This document shows positions 29,530 through 39,867 of a stretch of DNA of 64,000 nt, piece after piece. Every line of letters begins with the position of its first letter. The first letter of the stretch is position 1. The stretch spans positions 5,216,001 to 5,280,000 of the forward strand of contig CBDETK010000013.1 of the NCBI GenBank assembly GCA_965242865.1, in the 5' to 3' direction. This stretch comes from Candidatus Latescibacterota bacterium (GTDB lineage: Bacteria; Latescibacterota; UBA2968; UBA8231). The translations under genes were made by a program, and so were the position numbers. The notes beneath the pieces are model-generated. The model was not told where the DNA came from and made no database searches. It saw only the letters and a list, made by a program, of their open reading frames with translations.

Positions 29530-32353
29530 ACAACCCCGAGTACTTAAAGGTCATAATGTAGTCCTGCGAGCCTTTTTTTTTGGCGCGGGGGCGGCTGTCG
29601 TAAATATCCCAGCCAAAGCCAAAGAGAAACTGATCTTTGTAAAAGGAAACGGCCACGCCCAGCGAAATGGCCAGCGAGTTTTCGGTCGAAAGGGCTTCGA
29701 GGACATTGCCGATGGCCGTGAAATGGATGCCGGAAATCAATGGGTTATCCACGTTGTGCCAGCCGGCAAAGGCCAACCCGGGCAAGCCAATCAGGCGCTC
29801 GGTTTGGCCTTGGACCGCGTCGCCATTGCGGTCGGTATAATTGCGCCCGGGGCGGATCGTCAAAAAGGACACCAGCGGCTTGGCTTCAAATTCCCACTTC
29901 CAACCCCCGGCCTCCAAAAGCTGCGACACGGTCTGCGGCGGCCCCCCCGGGTAGCTGTGGGTCGTGATTTTGAGCCGCACTCGGCGATTGTCTTCTTCGG
30001 ACAGCCGCAAGTTGAGGTCCTCCACGAGGACGCGCTCGCCGCTCGCCTCGTAGATGGTGACCTGCTGCTTTTGGGTGCTGCCTTTTTTGGGGGCATAGTT
30101 TTCGTCGAGCAGGGTCCACTCCACGAGCATCTCGCGCCCGATTAGCGCACGCCGTAGCGAGTCGGAAATCGCAAAGGCCACCTCCACTTTGGTGCCGTCT
30201 TTTTGCACGACCGGGGTATTGTTCCAGCCGACCGCCAAGGGCTGGGGCTGCTCGCCGTGCGAGACCAAGACCTCGACAATTTGCGCCAAGTTGATGTCTG
30301 CGAGCACCCCGTGCCCCTTGTATTCGAGCGGCCGGGCGCGGTCTTTGACGTCGTTGCTGACCAACAAAACGCGCCCCCGGCGCTCGCCCAAGGCATCGGG
30401 CGCGAAAAAGAGCGCGAGGCGCGCGGACTCGCCCGGGGCCAAGGCGAATCGCGCCGGCACCACGTGGGCCTCCTCGCTTTGGGGATGCGCCTCAACTTGC
30501 AGCACGGTATCGCCGACGTTGGTGGCCACAAAGGTCCGTTCCGCCTGCTGCCCCAAGTCCACATAGCCAAAATCGACCAAGCCGGCCGGATGCAGATCAA
30601 TTTCGGCGGCCATGCCGCTGCCTTGGAGCAGGATGTCGAGCGTCGTCATCTCATGCGCGCCCAAGCCGTCTAAGCGCAAGGTCCCCGAAATCGCGCCGCG
30701 GGCCGACGGGCTGAAGGCGATGTGCAGCGGCAAGGTGCGCTGGCTGTGGGCCGGCAACAGGAACTTGTTGTCCTCGTCAATCGGGGTGTGGGCGGTAAAT
30801 TCGGGGCTCGTCGAGCGGAGCTGGTGCATCTCAAAGTCGGCGTTGCCCACATTGGCTATTTCGACGACTCGGCTGCTGCTTTGGCCGACGGCGACTCGAC
30901 CGAAATCAACGGTCGCCGGGCTGAGGGCCAAAAACTGGCCGACGCCCTGCAAGCGCACCGTCTGGCGCTGGGCTTCGACCTCGACGCGCAGGCCCGCTTG
31001 GCGCGGCCCGGCCTCTTTGGGCGAAAAACTCAGCGCGACTTGGGCGCTGGCCCCGGGCTGGACGAGGACCGAGGGCTGGACGAGACCGAATTCAACGCCC
31101 TCGTCCTCGACTAGGGCGATGTTCACCACGCCCGGCTGGCCGCCTCTGTTCCACAGCAGCAGATGCGCCTGCGCGGTCTCGCCGATGGGCACGCTGCCGA
31201 AGTCTAGGTCGTCATTGAGAATCTCGATGTGCGGCGGGCTGATTTGGCCGCGCCCCGCGAGGGGGATGGCGACCACCGCCGCCTGCGGGTCGCTGGTGTG
31301 CAAGCGCAGGACGCCGCGGTGGGGGCCTTCGCTCTGCGGCGCAAACGCCGCGCTCAGGTCGAGCCGCCCTGCGGGCGCCAAGGTGGCCGACGAGTCCGCG
31401 AACTCAAGGGCAAAGGCCGCGCCCTCCATGGCGGCGTTTTCGAGGTGCAACTCGGCTTGGCCCTGATTGAGGACGGTCACGCGGCGCGTCACACGCTGGC
31501 CCACCTCAACGGTGCCAAAGTCGAGACCCACTTGCGGGAGGGGCGAAAAGGCCGCTTGCGGCGCCAGCCCGCGCCCCCGCAGGGGGACGGACCAATCCCC
31601 CAACCCGGGCGCGGCTACCACGAATTCCGTCGCGGCCGGCCCCGCGTGGGTCGGAGTGAACGCAACGTCGATCCGCGCTTCCTCGCCGGGCGCCGGCCAA
31701 GGGCCGACGTCGCCCTCCAGCCGAAAGGGGCCTTGGGGGTCGGCCAAGGCCATCTGCCCGGCCGCCACGGGCGCGCGGCCGGTGTTTTTGACGACAATGG
31801 TCCCGGTCGCCGGTCGCCCGACCGGCACCGCGCCAAAATCCAGACCTTCGGCCGGCAAAAGCACTAGGGTCGGCACGACCGCGACCGCTTGGAGCGGCAC
31901 AATGAGATGCTCATCGGCGAATAGGGCGGCGACCTGTACGACCAGCTCGCCGGCATATTCCCCGGGCGCGGCCGCCCGGAAATGCACCTCCAAGCGGCGG
32001 ACGCTCGTAGCGCCCAAGCGCAGCGTATCCGCGGCCGCGCCAAAACCAGCGCCGCGAATGCCCACGATCACTTCGAGCGCGTCGTCTTGCAGATTTTTGA
32101 GGGAAACGGCCGCCCGCGCCTCCACGCCGACGCCGACGACGCCCAAGTCGAGTGCCTTCGGGGTCGTGGCGATGGGTTGGGCGCGCAGGATCGCGGGCAG
32201 GAGCAGGAGGGCGAACAGAACAAAAGAAGAGCGACCAACCCGCCAGAATACCGAATACAATGTTTGTCGAAGTTCCACATCGCAGAGAAGTGGAGAACTT
32301 CCTCTGGGGCATTCTTTATGCGGATTCAGGTCGCTCTTTGTCTGCCGAAACAT
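29522..32353 (-). CDS. Surface protein with tandem ASH/choice-of-anchor-D Ig-like repeats
   Basis: About six repeats of 'LDFG.V.VG......I.N.G...L......F.P...G...G.L'. Confidence 0.78.
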   Translation of the reverse strand: MFRQTKSDLNPHKECPRGSSPLLCDVELRQTLYSVFWRVGRSSFVLFALLLLPAILRAQPIATTPKALDLGVVGVGVEARAAVSLKNLQDDALEVIVGIRGAGFGAAADTLRLGATSVRRLEVHFRAAAPGEYAGELVVQVAALFADEHLIVPLQAVAVVPTLVLLPAEGLDFGAVPVGRPATGTIVVKNTGRAPVAAGQMALADPQGPFRLEGDVGPWPAPGEEARIDVAFTPTHAGPAATEFVVAAPGLGDWSVPLRGRGLAPQAAFSPLPQVGLDFGTVEVGQRVTRRVTVLNQGQAELHLENAAMEGAAFALEFADSSATLAPAGRLDLSAAFAPQSEGPHRGVLRLHTSDPQAAVVAIPLAGRGQISPPHIEILNDDLDFGSVPIGETAQAHLLLWNRGGQPGVVNIALVEDEGVEFGLVQPSVLVQPGASAQVALSFSPKEAGPRQAGLRVEVEAQRQTVRLQGVGQFLALSPATVDFGRVAVGQSSSRVVEIANVGNADFEMHQLRSTSPEFTAHTPIDEDNKFLLPAHSQRTLPLHIAFSPSARGAISGTLRLDGLGAHEMTTLDILLQGSGMAAEIDLHPAGLVDFGYVDLGQQAERTFVATNVGDTVLQVEAHPQSEEAHVVPARFALAPGESARLALFFAPDALGERRGRVLLVSNDVKDRARPLEYKGHGVLADINLAQIVEVLVSHGEQPQPLAVGWNNTPVVQKDGTKVEVAFAISDSLRRALIGREMLVEWTLLDENYAPKKGSTQKQQVTIYEASGERVLVEDLNLRLSEEDNRRVRLKITTHSYPGGPPQTVSQLLEAGGWKWEFEAKPLVSFLTIRPGRNYTDRNGDAVQGQTERLIGLPGLAFAGWHNVDNPLISGIHFTAIGNVLEALSTENSLAISLGVAVSFYKDQFLFGFGWDIYDSRPRAKKKGSQDYIMTFKYSGLFK

Positions 32354-32374
32354 ACGCTTAAATCTCTCACCATG

Positions 32375-33541
32375 TCAAGCGGAGAGAATCTGTCGCAACC
32401 CTTCGACGAGCCGGTCCATGCCCTCGGCCACGTCCTCTTGGCGCAGTGCGCCGTAAGCAACGCGCAAATAGCAGTCTGCGCTCAATCCAAAGGCGTTGCC
32501 GGGGATGACGGCGACCTTGTGGTCCCGCACCAAGCGCGTGACCACTGCCATGGCGTTGAGATCGGTTTGCAACCGCGCCAGCAAATAAAACGCGCCTTCG
32601 GCCGCCGGCACTTGGACCCGGGGGCTTAGCGCGCCGAGCCGCGCTAAGCAGAGCTGGCGGACCGCATCCATGCCCGCGAGATAGCCCTCGCAGTACGCGG
32701 CCCCGGCCGCGAGTGCCCCGAGCGCGGCGCATTGCGAGATGACCGGCGGGCATATAAGCACGGTGTCTTGAATTTTTTCCAGCGCACCTAGCAGGTGCCG
32801 CGGGGCCACGAGGTAGCCGACCCGCCAACTGGCGAGGCCGTAGGCTTTGGAAAAGGAAAAGAGCGAGATGGTGTGCTCGGCGCTGTGGGGCAGGGAGCCG
32901 GGCGAAAAGTGCCGGGCCGCGCCGTACGTGAAGTACTCGTACGCCTCGTCGGCAACGTGGTAAAGGCCCCGCTCGCAGCAGAGCCGATTGACCGCGGCCA
33001 AGTCTGCGGGCCGATACACCGCGCCCGTTGGATTGTTGGGCGAGATCGTGACAACCGCGCGGGTGCGCGGGGTGATCGCGGCCTCAATCGCGGCGAGGTC
33101 GAGCTGATAGGCTTCGTCCGTCGGCACGACGACCGCCCGGCAATTGGCCATGGCTACGGCCATTTCGTGGTTGAAGTAAAACGGCGCCATCACCACGATC
33201 TCGTCGCCCGGATCGGCCATGGCCAGCAACGCGTGGTAAAAGCCCATGTTGGAACCGGCCGTGACCATTAAGAGCTGGTCGTCGCCCACCTCAATTTGGT
33301 TCTCGGCCGCGAGCTTTTGCCGCAGTCCGGCCCTGAGTTCGGGCAGGCCGAGGGCGGCCTGATAGTGGTGCTCGGCCAGCGCGCCGCCAAAGTGGGCGAT
33401 CGCCTGCATGGCCTGGGGCGGCGGCGGGTAGTGAACCACGCCTTGGCCGAGGGAAATGGTGCCCTCGTGGTCGCGGATGAGGGCGGCCAAATACGGGATC
33501 ACCGGGCTTTGTACCGCCCGCATGCGCTTTGAGTCGAACAT
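32375..33541 (-). CDS. Class I/II PLP-dependent aminotransferase
   Basis: 'ISLGQG', 'SPNNPTG', 'ADEAYEYF', 'SFSKAYGLASWRVGY'. Confidence 0.92.
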   Translation of the reverse strand: MFDSKRMRAVQSPVIPYLAALIRDHEGTISLGQGVVHYPPPPQAMQAIAHFGGALAEHHYQAALGLPELRAGLRQKLAAENQIEVGDDQLLMVTAGSNMGFYHALLAMADPGDEIVVMAPFYFNHEMAVAMANCRAVVVPTDEAYQLDLAAIEAAITPRTRAVVTISPNNPTGAVYRPADLAAVNRLCCERGLYHVADEAYEYFTYGAARHFSPGSLPHSAEHTISLFSFSKAYGLASWRVGYLVAPRHLLGALEKIQDTVLICPPVISQCAALGALAAGAAYCEGYLAGMDAVRQLCLARLGALSPRVQVPAAEGAFYLLARLQTDLNAMAVVTRLVRDHKVAVIPGNAFGLSADCYLRVAYGALRQEDVAEGMDRLVEGLRQILSA

Positions 33542-33742
33542 GGGCTGTTGAATTCTCGCTTTATGACAGCGGTTCAAGGTATAGAATACGCCGCAAGTAC
33601 ACTACACGCCACGACCCACCGCGGCCAAATCTCACCCATACGACAGTCTCGCCCCGCACGCCGTCGCTGCCTAGCTTCTGCACGTGGAACTTTCGCTAGC
33701 GGCGAAGCGTTCAAACGCAAACGCGATTAAAGGAGAGCTATC

Positions 33743-34984
33743 ATGCTATACCGCATCGCCGCCATCGGCTTCATTTTTGCCGGCACGACCGTCGCTTGGC
33801 TCATCTTGGCGCAGGTCGTCTCCTACCGCACCCACCACCAAGACACCAAGCTCAAAGCGGCCGTGGGGCAATTGTGGGGCATCCCCCAATCCCAACTCGC
33901 TCCGCTCCTGTACTGGACCACCGAGGAAATCGTCGTCCAACCGGCCGCCGATGGCCCAGCGGTAGAGCACGTTAGGGAGCGGCGACACCTCCTGCCCCTA
34001 CAAGCGAGTCGCTTACAGGTCGATTTGCACCTCGAACACCGCCGCAAGGGCCTGCTGTGGTATCCCACCTATCAAGTGGCCCTAGACGCCACCTATACCG
34101 CGACCAACGCGACCGACCGACCCCTCGACCTGACCTTTGATCTAGCCCTGCCTAGTCCCCAAGCCGTGTACGACGATTTCACCCTGTCCCTCGACGGCCA
34201 ACCCAGCACCCCGCTGCCGCTGGCGGAAGGGCACCTGCGGCAGCCGTTGCACTTAGCGCCGGGCCAGAGCCGCCAAATCCGCCTTGCCTATCAATCGCAG
34301 GGGCTGGAACAATGGGAATACCGCTTCGGCGACCACGTCGAGCAAGTTTCCGACTTTGAGTTGACCATGCTCACGAATTTCGACGCCATTGACTTCCCGG
34401 GCCAAAGCCTGTCGCCCACCCACAAGGAGCGCACGGCCGACGGCTGGCGTCTCACCTGGCAGTACGATCGGCTGCTCACCGGGGCCGACCTCGGCATGGT
34501 CATGCCCGCCCGCCTCAACCCAGGCCCTTGGGTCCAAGACGTGACCGAGGCCGCTCCCATATCCCTCTTTCTCTTCTTCTTTGTGCTCTTCGTCTTCACC
34601 GCGGTCAAAGGCATTGATATTCACCCGATGAACTACTTCTTCATCGGCGCGGCCTTTTTCAGCTTCCACTTGCTGTTGGCCTATCTGGCCGACCACTTGC
34701 TCATCCACTACGCCTTTTTGGTAGCCGCGGCCGTGTCGGTTTTTCTAGTCGTCTCGTACATGCGGCTGGTGGTCGGCCTGCGGCTGGCCTTGGTGGAGGT
34801 GGGCTTGGCCCAATTCATTTACTTGGTCCTGTTCTCCTACACCTTCTTCTTTGTCGGCTACACCGGCTTGGCCATCACCGTCCTCTGCATCGCCACCCTG
34901 TTCGCTGCCATGCAGTTTACTGGCCGGATGGACTGGTCGGCCGCGTTTGCCCGGCCGCCGGCGTCGGCTCAGCAGTCCGAGTGA
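33743..34984 (+). CDS. CreD-like inner membrane protein
   Basis: N-terminal TM, periplasmic domain, C-terminal TMs with 'IHPMNY' and 'LLLAYLADH'. Confidence 0.75.
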   Translation: MLYRIAAIGFIFAGTTVAWLILAQVVSYRTHHQDTKLKAAVGQLWGIPQSQLAPLLYWTTEEIVVQPAADGPAVEHVRERRHLLPLQASRLQVDLHLEHRRKGLLWYPTYQVALDATYTATNATDRPLDLTFDLALPSPQAVYDDFTLSLDGQPSTPLPLAEGHLRQPLHLAPGQSRQIRLAYQSQGLEQWEYRFGDHVEQVSDFELTMLTNFDAIDFPGQSLSPTHKERTADGWRLTWQYDRLLTGADLGMVMPARLNPGPWVQDVTEAAPISLFLFFFVLFVFTAVKGIDIHPMNYFFIGAAFFSFHLLLAYLADHLLIHYAFLVAAAVSVFLVVSYMRLVVGLRLALVEVGLAQFIYLVLFSYTFFFVGYTGLAITVLCIATLFAAMQFTGRMDWSAAFARPPASAQQSE

Positions 34985-35624
34985 CGCCCCGCAACCGCGC
35001 CGACGCCTCCGTATCCAACAGATCCGTGCGGCCATCCGCCCCAATCGCACGAGCACCGAGTTTCAGCAGGTTCGCATTGGCGGGACTGTCGAGGGTGAGG
35101 AGGGGTTTGCCGGAGTCAGCAACCTTGCGGGCTAACTCCTCCGTCTTGCCAGCACGAGCGGCGTAGGCGATGAAAACCCGGCTAGCGAGCGTAACTACCA
35201 AGTCGTTTCGTTGGGCTGCCAGCTTTACCGTTGGACGGTGCTGCGACGGCGGGAAAGGCGACAGAACCAGCAGCCTTCGCTCGGCGATGGCCGGACGCCA
35301 GTCGCGGGGAACCCGCATGTTGTCAATGCTGCGAGCGGGGCATACCACGACGGGCTGGCTGCCTCGCAGCAACAGGCGCAGGCACTCCTTCTCCATGGGT
35401 GTCTGAAAGCCGCCTATTACGGGCGTCTTTGCCTCGCGCATGGCCCTCGCCAAATCGTAGGTCTTGAGGATTAGGTCGCCGGGGCAGCGGACGGAGCAGA
35501 AGAGTGCGGTGTGTTCCGAGTTGAGAATTTCGGGAGCACCGATAGCCCGCAAGCGAGGTTTGGACTTTGAGGGCAGCGGTTGGACCGCTAGCGTAGGAGT
35601 TGGGAACGACTGCATGTCTTGCAT
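34917..35624 (-). CDS. Short DprA/Smf-like (SLOG/Rossmann) protein
   Basis: 'ALFCSVRCPG', 'VIGGFQTPMEKECL..LLRG', 'AQRNDLVVTLA', 'GKTE'; C-terminus runs through the repeat into the creD-like gene. Confidence 0.75.
   Translation of the reverse strand: MQDMQSFPTPTLAVQPLPSKSKPRLRAIGAPEILNSEHTALFCSVRCPGDLILKTYDLARAMREAKTPVIGGFQTPMEKECLRLLLRGSQPVVVCPARSIDNMRVPRDWRPAIAERRLLVLSPFPPSQHRPTVKLAAQRNDLVVTLASRVFIAYAARAGKTEELARKVADSGKPLLTLDSPANANLLKLGARAIGADGRTDLLDTEASARLRGVTRTAEPTPAAGQTRPTSPSGQ
34968..35002 (+). repeat. Left 35-bp direct repeat bounding the defence island
   Basis: CTCAGCAGTCCGAGTGACGCCCCGCAACCGCGCCG; 34/35 identical to 46638-46672; contains the creD-like stop codon. Confidence 0.9.
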
Positions 35625-35642
35625 TAGGGAATGAATTGTAGA

Positions 35643-38600
35643 TCATCCGAGACGGAGCTCAACGGTGATTGCAGGTTTTCTCTTTTGTACCGTCTTCACC
35701 GCAGTGGCTACGATATTGCTTCCTGAGTCGATTTCAGGTGCTAGGCGTTGAGCCAGGCCCCGCGGGAGGAAGCCGACTTGCCCAGCCTTATGATGTACGG
35801 CGATGGCATTCGGATCTACAGGATTTTCATAATCTCGGCGCAGTTCAAGTTTATCTTCTGCTCTGACACGCCGCGCAGCTATCCAGCGGTTTTCGTAGGA
35901 TATTCCAACTACCTTCTCCTGAATAGGAAGAACTTCATGGAGCGGCCTAATTGGATTAAGTAGTGGATTGACAGCCATTCTTCCAAGTTTGTACCTGAGG
36001 TCGTTGAGTACATATCCAGTAACGCCATATTCCTGACGTAGGGAGTCGTCAGATACGCTAGACAGCCAAGTAACGAAATTCTCGTGAGAAGAAATATCCG
36101 AGACTTGCCCTTCAAAGCCTTCTGCCAATCTGCATGCAATATCCCGAGAAGTAATTCCTGCCGACATCGCCCACGAAGCCACAGGATCAGGAAGCCCATG
36201 CTTAACCATTGACGGATAGCATCGAATGTACTCCGACAGTTCTTGGATACCTAATGCCTCCTTGGAAATCCGAAACAGAGCGGAGATAATCCAAGGTAGT
36301 CGATATCCAAATAACTCTTCTATATATCCAGATATATCCTCTACAGAGTCCGCTATACTCCGTGTACTCCTAACGATTTCATTTATGGACGTTCCGTCCA
36401 ACCACAAACCAAGCAAAACCTCGGGATCACCTGCAAAATCGGTTACAGTCTGTGCCTCAGGCAAAGGAAGGCTCGCATCGAGCACTAAGCGGTTTAGGTC
36501 TTTGAGGCTATCGGAGCCGGCATTGAGAAGCAGGACACTCAACGTATCTGTGTGTGTGTCTGCGAATCTACTCAATGTTTCACAAGAGTAGCTGCTTAGA
36601 CCTGTCTGAGCATAAATTCGTCTCCATGATGCTTCAGGGGCTCGATCGAACACTTTCTCGGCAGCTAGTTGAGCGGATTTGACTAGCGGGTCAATATTTA
36701 TATTCTGAGTACGAGATTGCTGCGTTATATATGTTTTCTCCAAACTAGTGATCCATTCATAGGTGTTGGCAGCCTCAACCTCCTCTTCTACTGCAATAGC
36801 AAGTATCTCTGGATCTAGAGTCGCCGCAGCATTTTCTATCGCCTCATCGGAGATGCGCGAGGAGACGATTTGCTGGAGTAGTTGATATAGTGCGCCAGAA
36901 ACAGGCTCCAGATTCCCGATGTTTCCGTAGTGGTTGAAGTCCCTCCGATCCTTGTCATCCAGAGTTATGTGGACGACCAGTCCTTCTGTTTCCTGTCCTG
37001 CCCGACCAGCCCGACCAGCTATATTCCAGTAGTCCCGACTTGTAATTCGCCATTTCCGACGCTCTGCGTCTGTACGCCAGACGCTGTGTATTATCACGGT
37101 CCTGACAGGCAGGTTCACACCTTGAGCCAGCGTATTGGTCGCAACAATCACTTTGTAATGACCAGCACGACAGTCAATCTCAATAGCCTCTCGAACGACG
37201 TTAGGCAGCCGCCCGTGATGAGGGGCAACTCCTTGGGATAAGGCTTGTGTGACAATATGTTCTTCTCCCAACCACTCCTTTGCAAGTGCAAGAGATCTAG
37301 TCGTCTCTACACGGACAAAGTGGGGATGGACTGATTCCCCAGTTAGCTCCCTAAACCGGATCGATTTGTTGAGAATCGCGTCGCAAACACTCTCAACCCA
37401 TTTTCGTTGTGTACAGAAAACCAGAACAGGACCCTGCTCCGAAAATGTATATGCTAGTTCAGCAGCGGTATCTCCCTTAGTTAGTTTTGGGTACTTAGAG
37501 GTATTTGTGCGTCGGGTATCCTTGTTTATGAAACGGTATTGCTTCTGTGATATGGCTCCAGGAACAAATGAATCCAAATCTGAAATTTCTGAATTCCGCT
37601 CAAATAGGATTACGCCATTAGTACCTTGCCAATCAAATCGCGCTCGTCTTTGAATTGTTGGTCGCCAATCCGACATGACGGTTCTATCGGGAGAATTCGC
37701 AAGCCACGCGGCAAAGTCCTTTAGCGTCGAATCTGGGACCACGGCAGACATTACCAAGAAGCGAATCGTTGGCAATCTGTGCTTTATTCTGCTCAACAAA
37801 AGCTCGAACTTTATACCGCGACTTGCGTCATCCATGATGTGGACTTCATCTAGCACTATTAGCTTGATCTGATCTGATATGTCTGGCCGGAGGCGCAGAA
37901 CAAGGTCCAGCTTTTCGGGTGTAAGTATCAGCAAATCGGCTGTTTGTAGAAGAAATTCCTCGAATTCGTCCGACTCGTAAGAACCGATGACGACAGATGA
38001 AACTCGATAACCTAGGTCATTCAGTACCGATCCCATGCTCCTTTCAACTTCTGCTGCCAAAGCTCGATATGGAGCAACAAACACGCACTTGGCTTCGGGA
38101 TGCCGTTGAAGGGTGTCAATGATGGCCATTTCCGCTATGCGCGTCTTACCGCCGCTGGTGGGCAGGCGAACAACAGCACTGTCATCTGAACCTAAGAAGC
38201 CAGATTCAAGCACTTTTATCTGGGACGGCCACAGTTCAGTCACTCCCCTAGAGCGGGGCCTTGCAAGGAGAGTCAAGTAACGCTTCCACACTTCAGATTC
38301 TCTAGAATGGCCTTCAAGTTGAGACCAAGTGCTTCGCTTCATCATTAACGGAAGCACTGATTGAATTCCATACGCGATGTTAGAGTGCAATGGAGCACCG
38401 AGGCCGGTGAATACCTTAGTAGCCTCATCCAACAACTTCATTGCCTCATGATATGCCGATTGATCACCACTCAGGAAGAAACGGCACGCTTTGGATAACC
38501 CGTCTGCAAGAACGACTTCGCCCAACTCTAACGATAGAACATCTAAGGGCAGTTCAAGGTCTGGTGGGAACTGGAGGAGACGATTGGCAAGCTGCTCAGT

Positions 38601-39065
38601 GACAATTATCCTCCGTTGTATGAACGACGCGACAAGTGCCTGAGCATCCGCCCTCGAATCGGGTTGCGGATCGGGCAAGACTTCCTTAGCGAGGTATGCT
38701 GCGTTGGCTTGATAGCCTGCAAGTTCGTATGCTAGAGCAGCGTTGAGTAAGGCGATTGGTCTTGTTACTCCCTCGTCCAGTCTAGCCAGACTTTCCCATG
38801 CGAGCGCTAGTTGGCGCGAGTGTTTCTCATTTTCGACAGCATAGTTCGGATCAGCAAGGGTCCCCGCCTCAAGCGCGTACAAAGCAGCGGCTGAATTTCG
38901 AGCAAAGCGGTTTGCAACATAAGTCCAGTGAGGAGATCGCTGAAGCTCGCCTATGGCCTGCAATGTTGCCTTCGACCTAACCTGAGCCAGTTCGCTCTGG
39001 AATCCTCGGTCGGCCAACAAAGCCTGCATACGAAATTGCAAATCAATATGATTGTCATTGGTCAT
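35643..39065 (-). CDS. Ski2-like DEAD/DEAH helicase, Hachiman HamB-like, with C-terminal HIRAN domain
   Basis: 'LPTSGGKT', 'TPEKLD', 'DEVH', 'SAV', 'TLAQGVNLP', 'AGRAGR'; HIRAN 'VVGISYE...LELRRDYENPVDPNAIAV...QVGFLPR'. Confidence 0.85.
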   Translation of the reverse strand: MTNDNHIDLQFRMQALLADRGFQSELAQVRSKATLQAIGELQRSPHWTYVANRFARNSAAALYALEAGTLADPNYAVENEKHSRQLALAWESLARLDEGVTRPIALLNAALAYELAGYQANAAYLAKEVLPDPQPDSRADAQALVASFIQRRIIVTEQLANRLLQFPPDLELPLDVLSLELGEVVLADGLSKACRFFLSGDQSAYHEAMKLLDEATKVFTGLGAPLHSNIAYGIQSVLPLMMKRSTWSQLEGHSRESEVWKRYLTLLARPRSRGVTELWPSQIKVLESGFLGSDDSAVVRLPTSGGKTRIAEMAIIDTLQRHPEAKCVFVAPYRALAAEVERSMGSVLNDLGYRVSSVVIGSYESDEFEEFLLQTADLLILTPEKLDLVLRLRPDISDQIKLIVLDEVHIMDDASRGIKFELLLSRIKHRLPTIRFLVMSAVVPDSTLKDFAAWLANSPDRTVMSDWRPTIQRRARFDWQGTNGVILFERNSEISDLDSFVPGAISQKQYRFINKDTRRTNTSKYPKLTKGDTAAELAYTFSEQGPVLVFCTQRKWVESVCDAILNKSIRFRELTGESVHPHFVRVETTRSLALAKEWLGEEHIVTQALSQGVAPHHGRLPNVVREAIEIDCRAGHYKVIVATNTLAQGVNLPVRTVIIHSVWRTDAERRKWRITSRDYWNIAGRAGRAGQETEGLVVHITLDDKDRRDFNHYGNIGNLEPVSGALYQLLQQIVSSRISDEAIENAAATLDPEILAIAVEEEVEAANTYEWITSLEKTYITQQSRTQNINIDPLVKSAQLAAEKVFDRAPEASWRRIYAQTGLSSYSCETLSRFADTHTDTLSVLLLNAGSDSLKDLNRLVLDASLPLPEAQTVTDFAGDPEVLLGLWLDGTSINEIVRSTRSIADSVEDISGYIEELFGYRLPWIISALFRISKEALGIQELSEYIRCYPSMVKHGLPDPVASWAMSAGITSRDIACRLAEGFEGQVSDISSHENFVTWLSSVSDDSLRQEYGVTGYVLNDLRYKLGRMAVNPLLNPIRPLHEVLPIQEKVVGISYENRWIAARRVRAEDKLELRRDYENPVDPNAIAVHHKAGQVGFLPRGLAQRLAPEIDSGSNIVATAVKTVQKRKPAITVELRLG

Positions 39066-39831
39066 CCTCAACTACCTCCACGCCAAGATTTGAAAATGCC
39101 GCGTCAGCGAGTTGCCTAAGATCAGTGATTCTTGCAACGTACACATGGAGAGGTTCAAGGCCGCGATTTTCGTCTTCAAGATTTATGAGAATTTGCTCAT
39201 CCCAAGTGGCCTCTTCATGTAGGAGCACTAAGAGAAATTCATCTAGCTCAGCTTCACGATTAAAAATATAGTCTTCGATCAATTTCGTAAGAGGATTATT
39301 TGTTTCTCGCAGTTGTCGAGCCACAAAGGCCAAGGTTTCAGAATTCGCGCTATCCGCATCTTGCTGTAGCTGCTTTGTCCCTTGGACAGCTACAGCTGGA
39401 TCCTTAGTAGTGCGAAATTTAGATTCGACGAACGCTACCTTGACGAGCTTATTGTCGGAAAATCGAAATGCGATACAGTCGGTTCCGGGTAAAGTCTGAT
39501 TCGCACTCATTTTGTACCTGAGCTTTATCACAGGGATATGATAGCCTTCCACGGTCTTGAGATATTCGACGGTTAGGGCTTCCCCAAAATCGCCGCGCCT
39601 CACTGAGGACCGAGTATCGGAACGCGACCTAAGAAATTTGTCGCGAACTTTCCCGTATCCGTATCTATCTGCTACATCGGCGAGGTAGTCAGTGCCCCAA
39701 TACGAGTCTCTCATAAGATCGGCCAATTCAGTAGGCGACGGCACTGAGTTGGTCTCTTTAACGTCAGTGACCTCAAACGAAAAGTTAGAACCTGTTCGTG
39801 GAATCGGCTTTAGCCAGTTAGTTATATTCAA
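39055..39831 (-). CDS. Hachiman HamA-like (DUF1837) nuclease-fold protein
   Basis: 'RRGDFGE...IPVIKLRYK..ANQTLPGTD...VESKFR' fits the HamA GE..K..D..ExK pattern; overlaps the helicase start. Confidence 0.75.
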   Translation of the reverse strand: MNITNWLKPIPRTGSNFSFEVTDVKETNSVPSPTELADLMRDSYWGTDYLADVADRYGYGKVRDKFLRSRSDTRSSVRRGDFGEALTVEYLKTVEGYHIPVIKLRYKMSANQTLPGTDCIAFRFSDNKLVKVAFVESKFRTTKDPAVAVQGTKQLQQDADSANSETLAFVARQLRETNNPLTKLIEDYIFNREAELDEFLLVLLHEEATWDEQILINLEDENRGLEPLHVYVARITDLRQLADAAFSNLGVEVVEDDQ

Positions 39832-39867
39832 GGTGTCCCCCCGGGAGAACTCTACGGAGCCTAGCGA

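Noticed and set aside
31467-32456. Long antisense ORFs (e.g. 329 aa here, 296 aa at 12033)
   Set aside because: Shadow ORFs opposite real genes in GC-rich DNA, with no recognisable motifs
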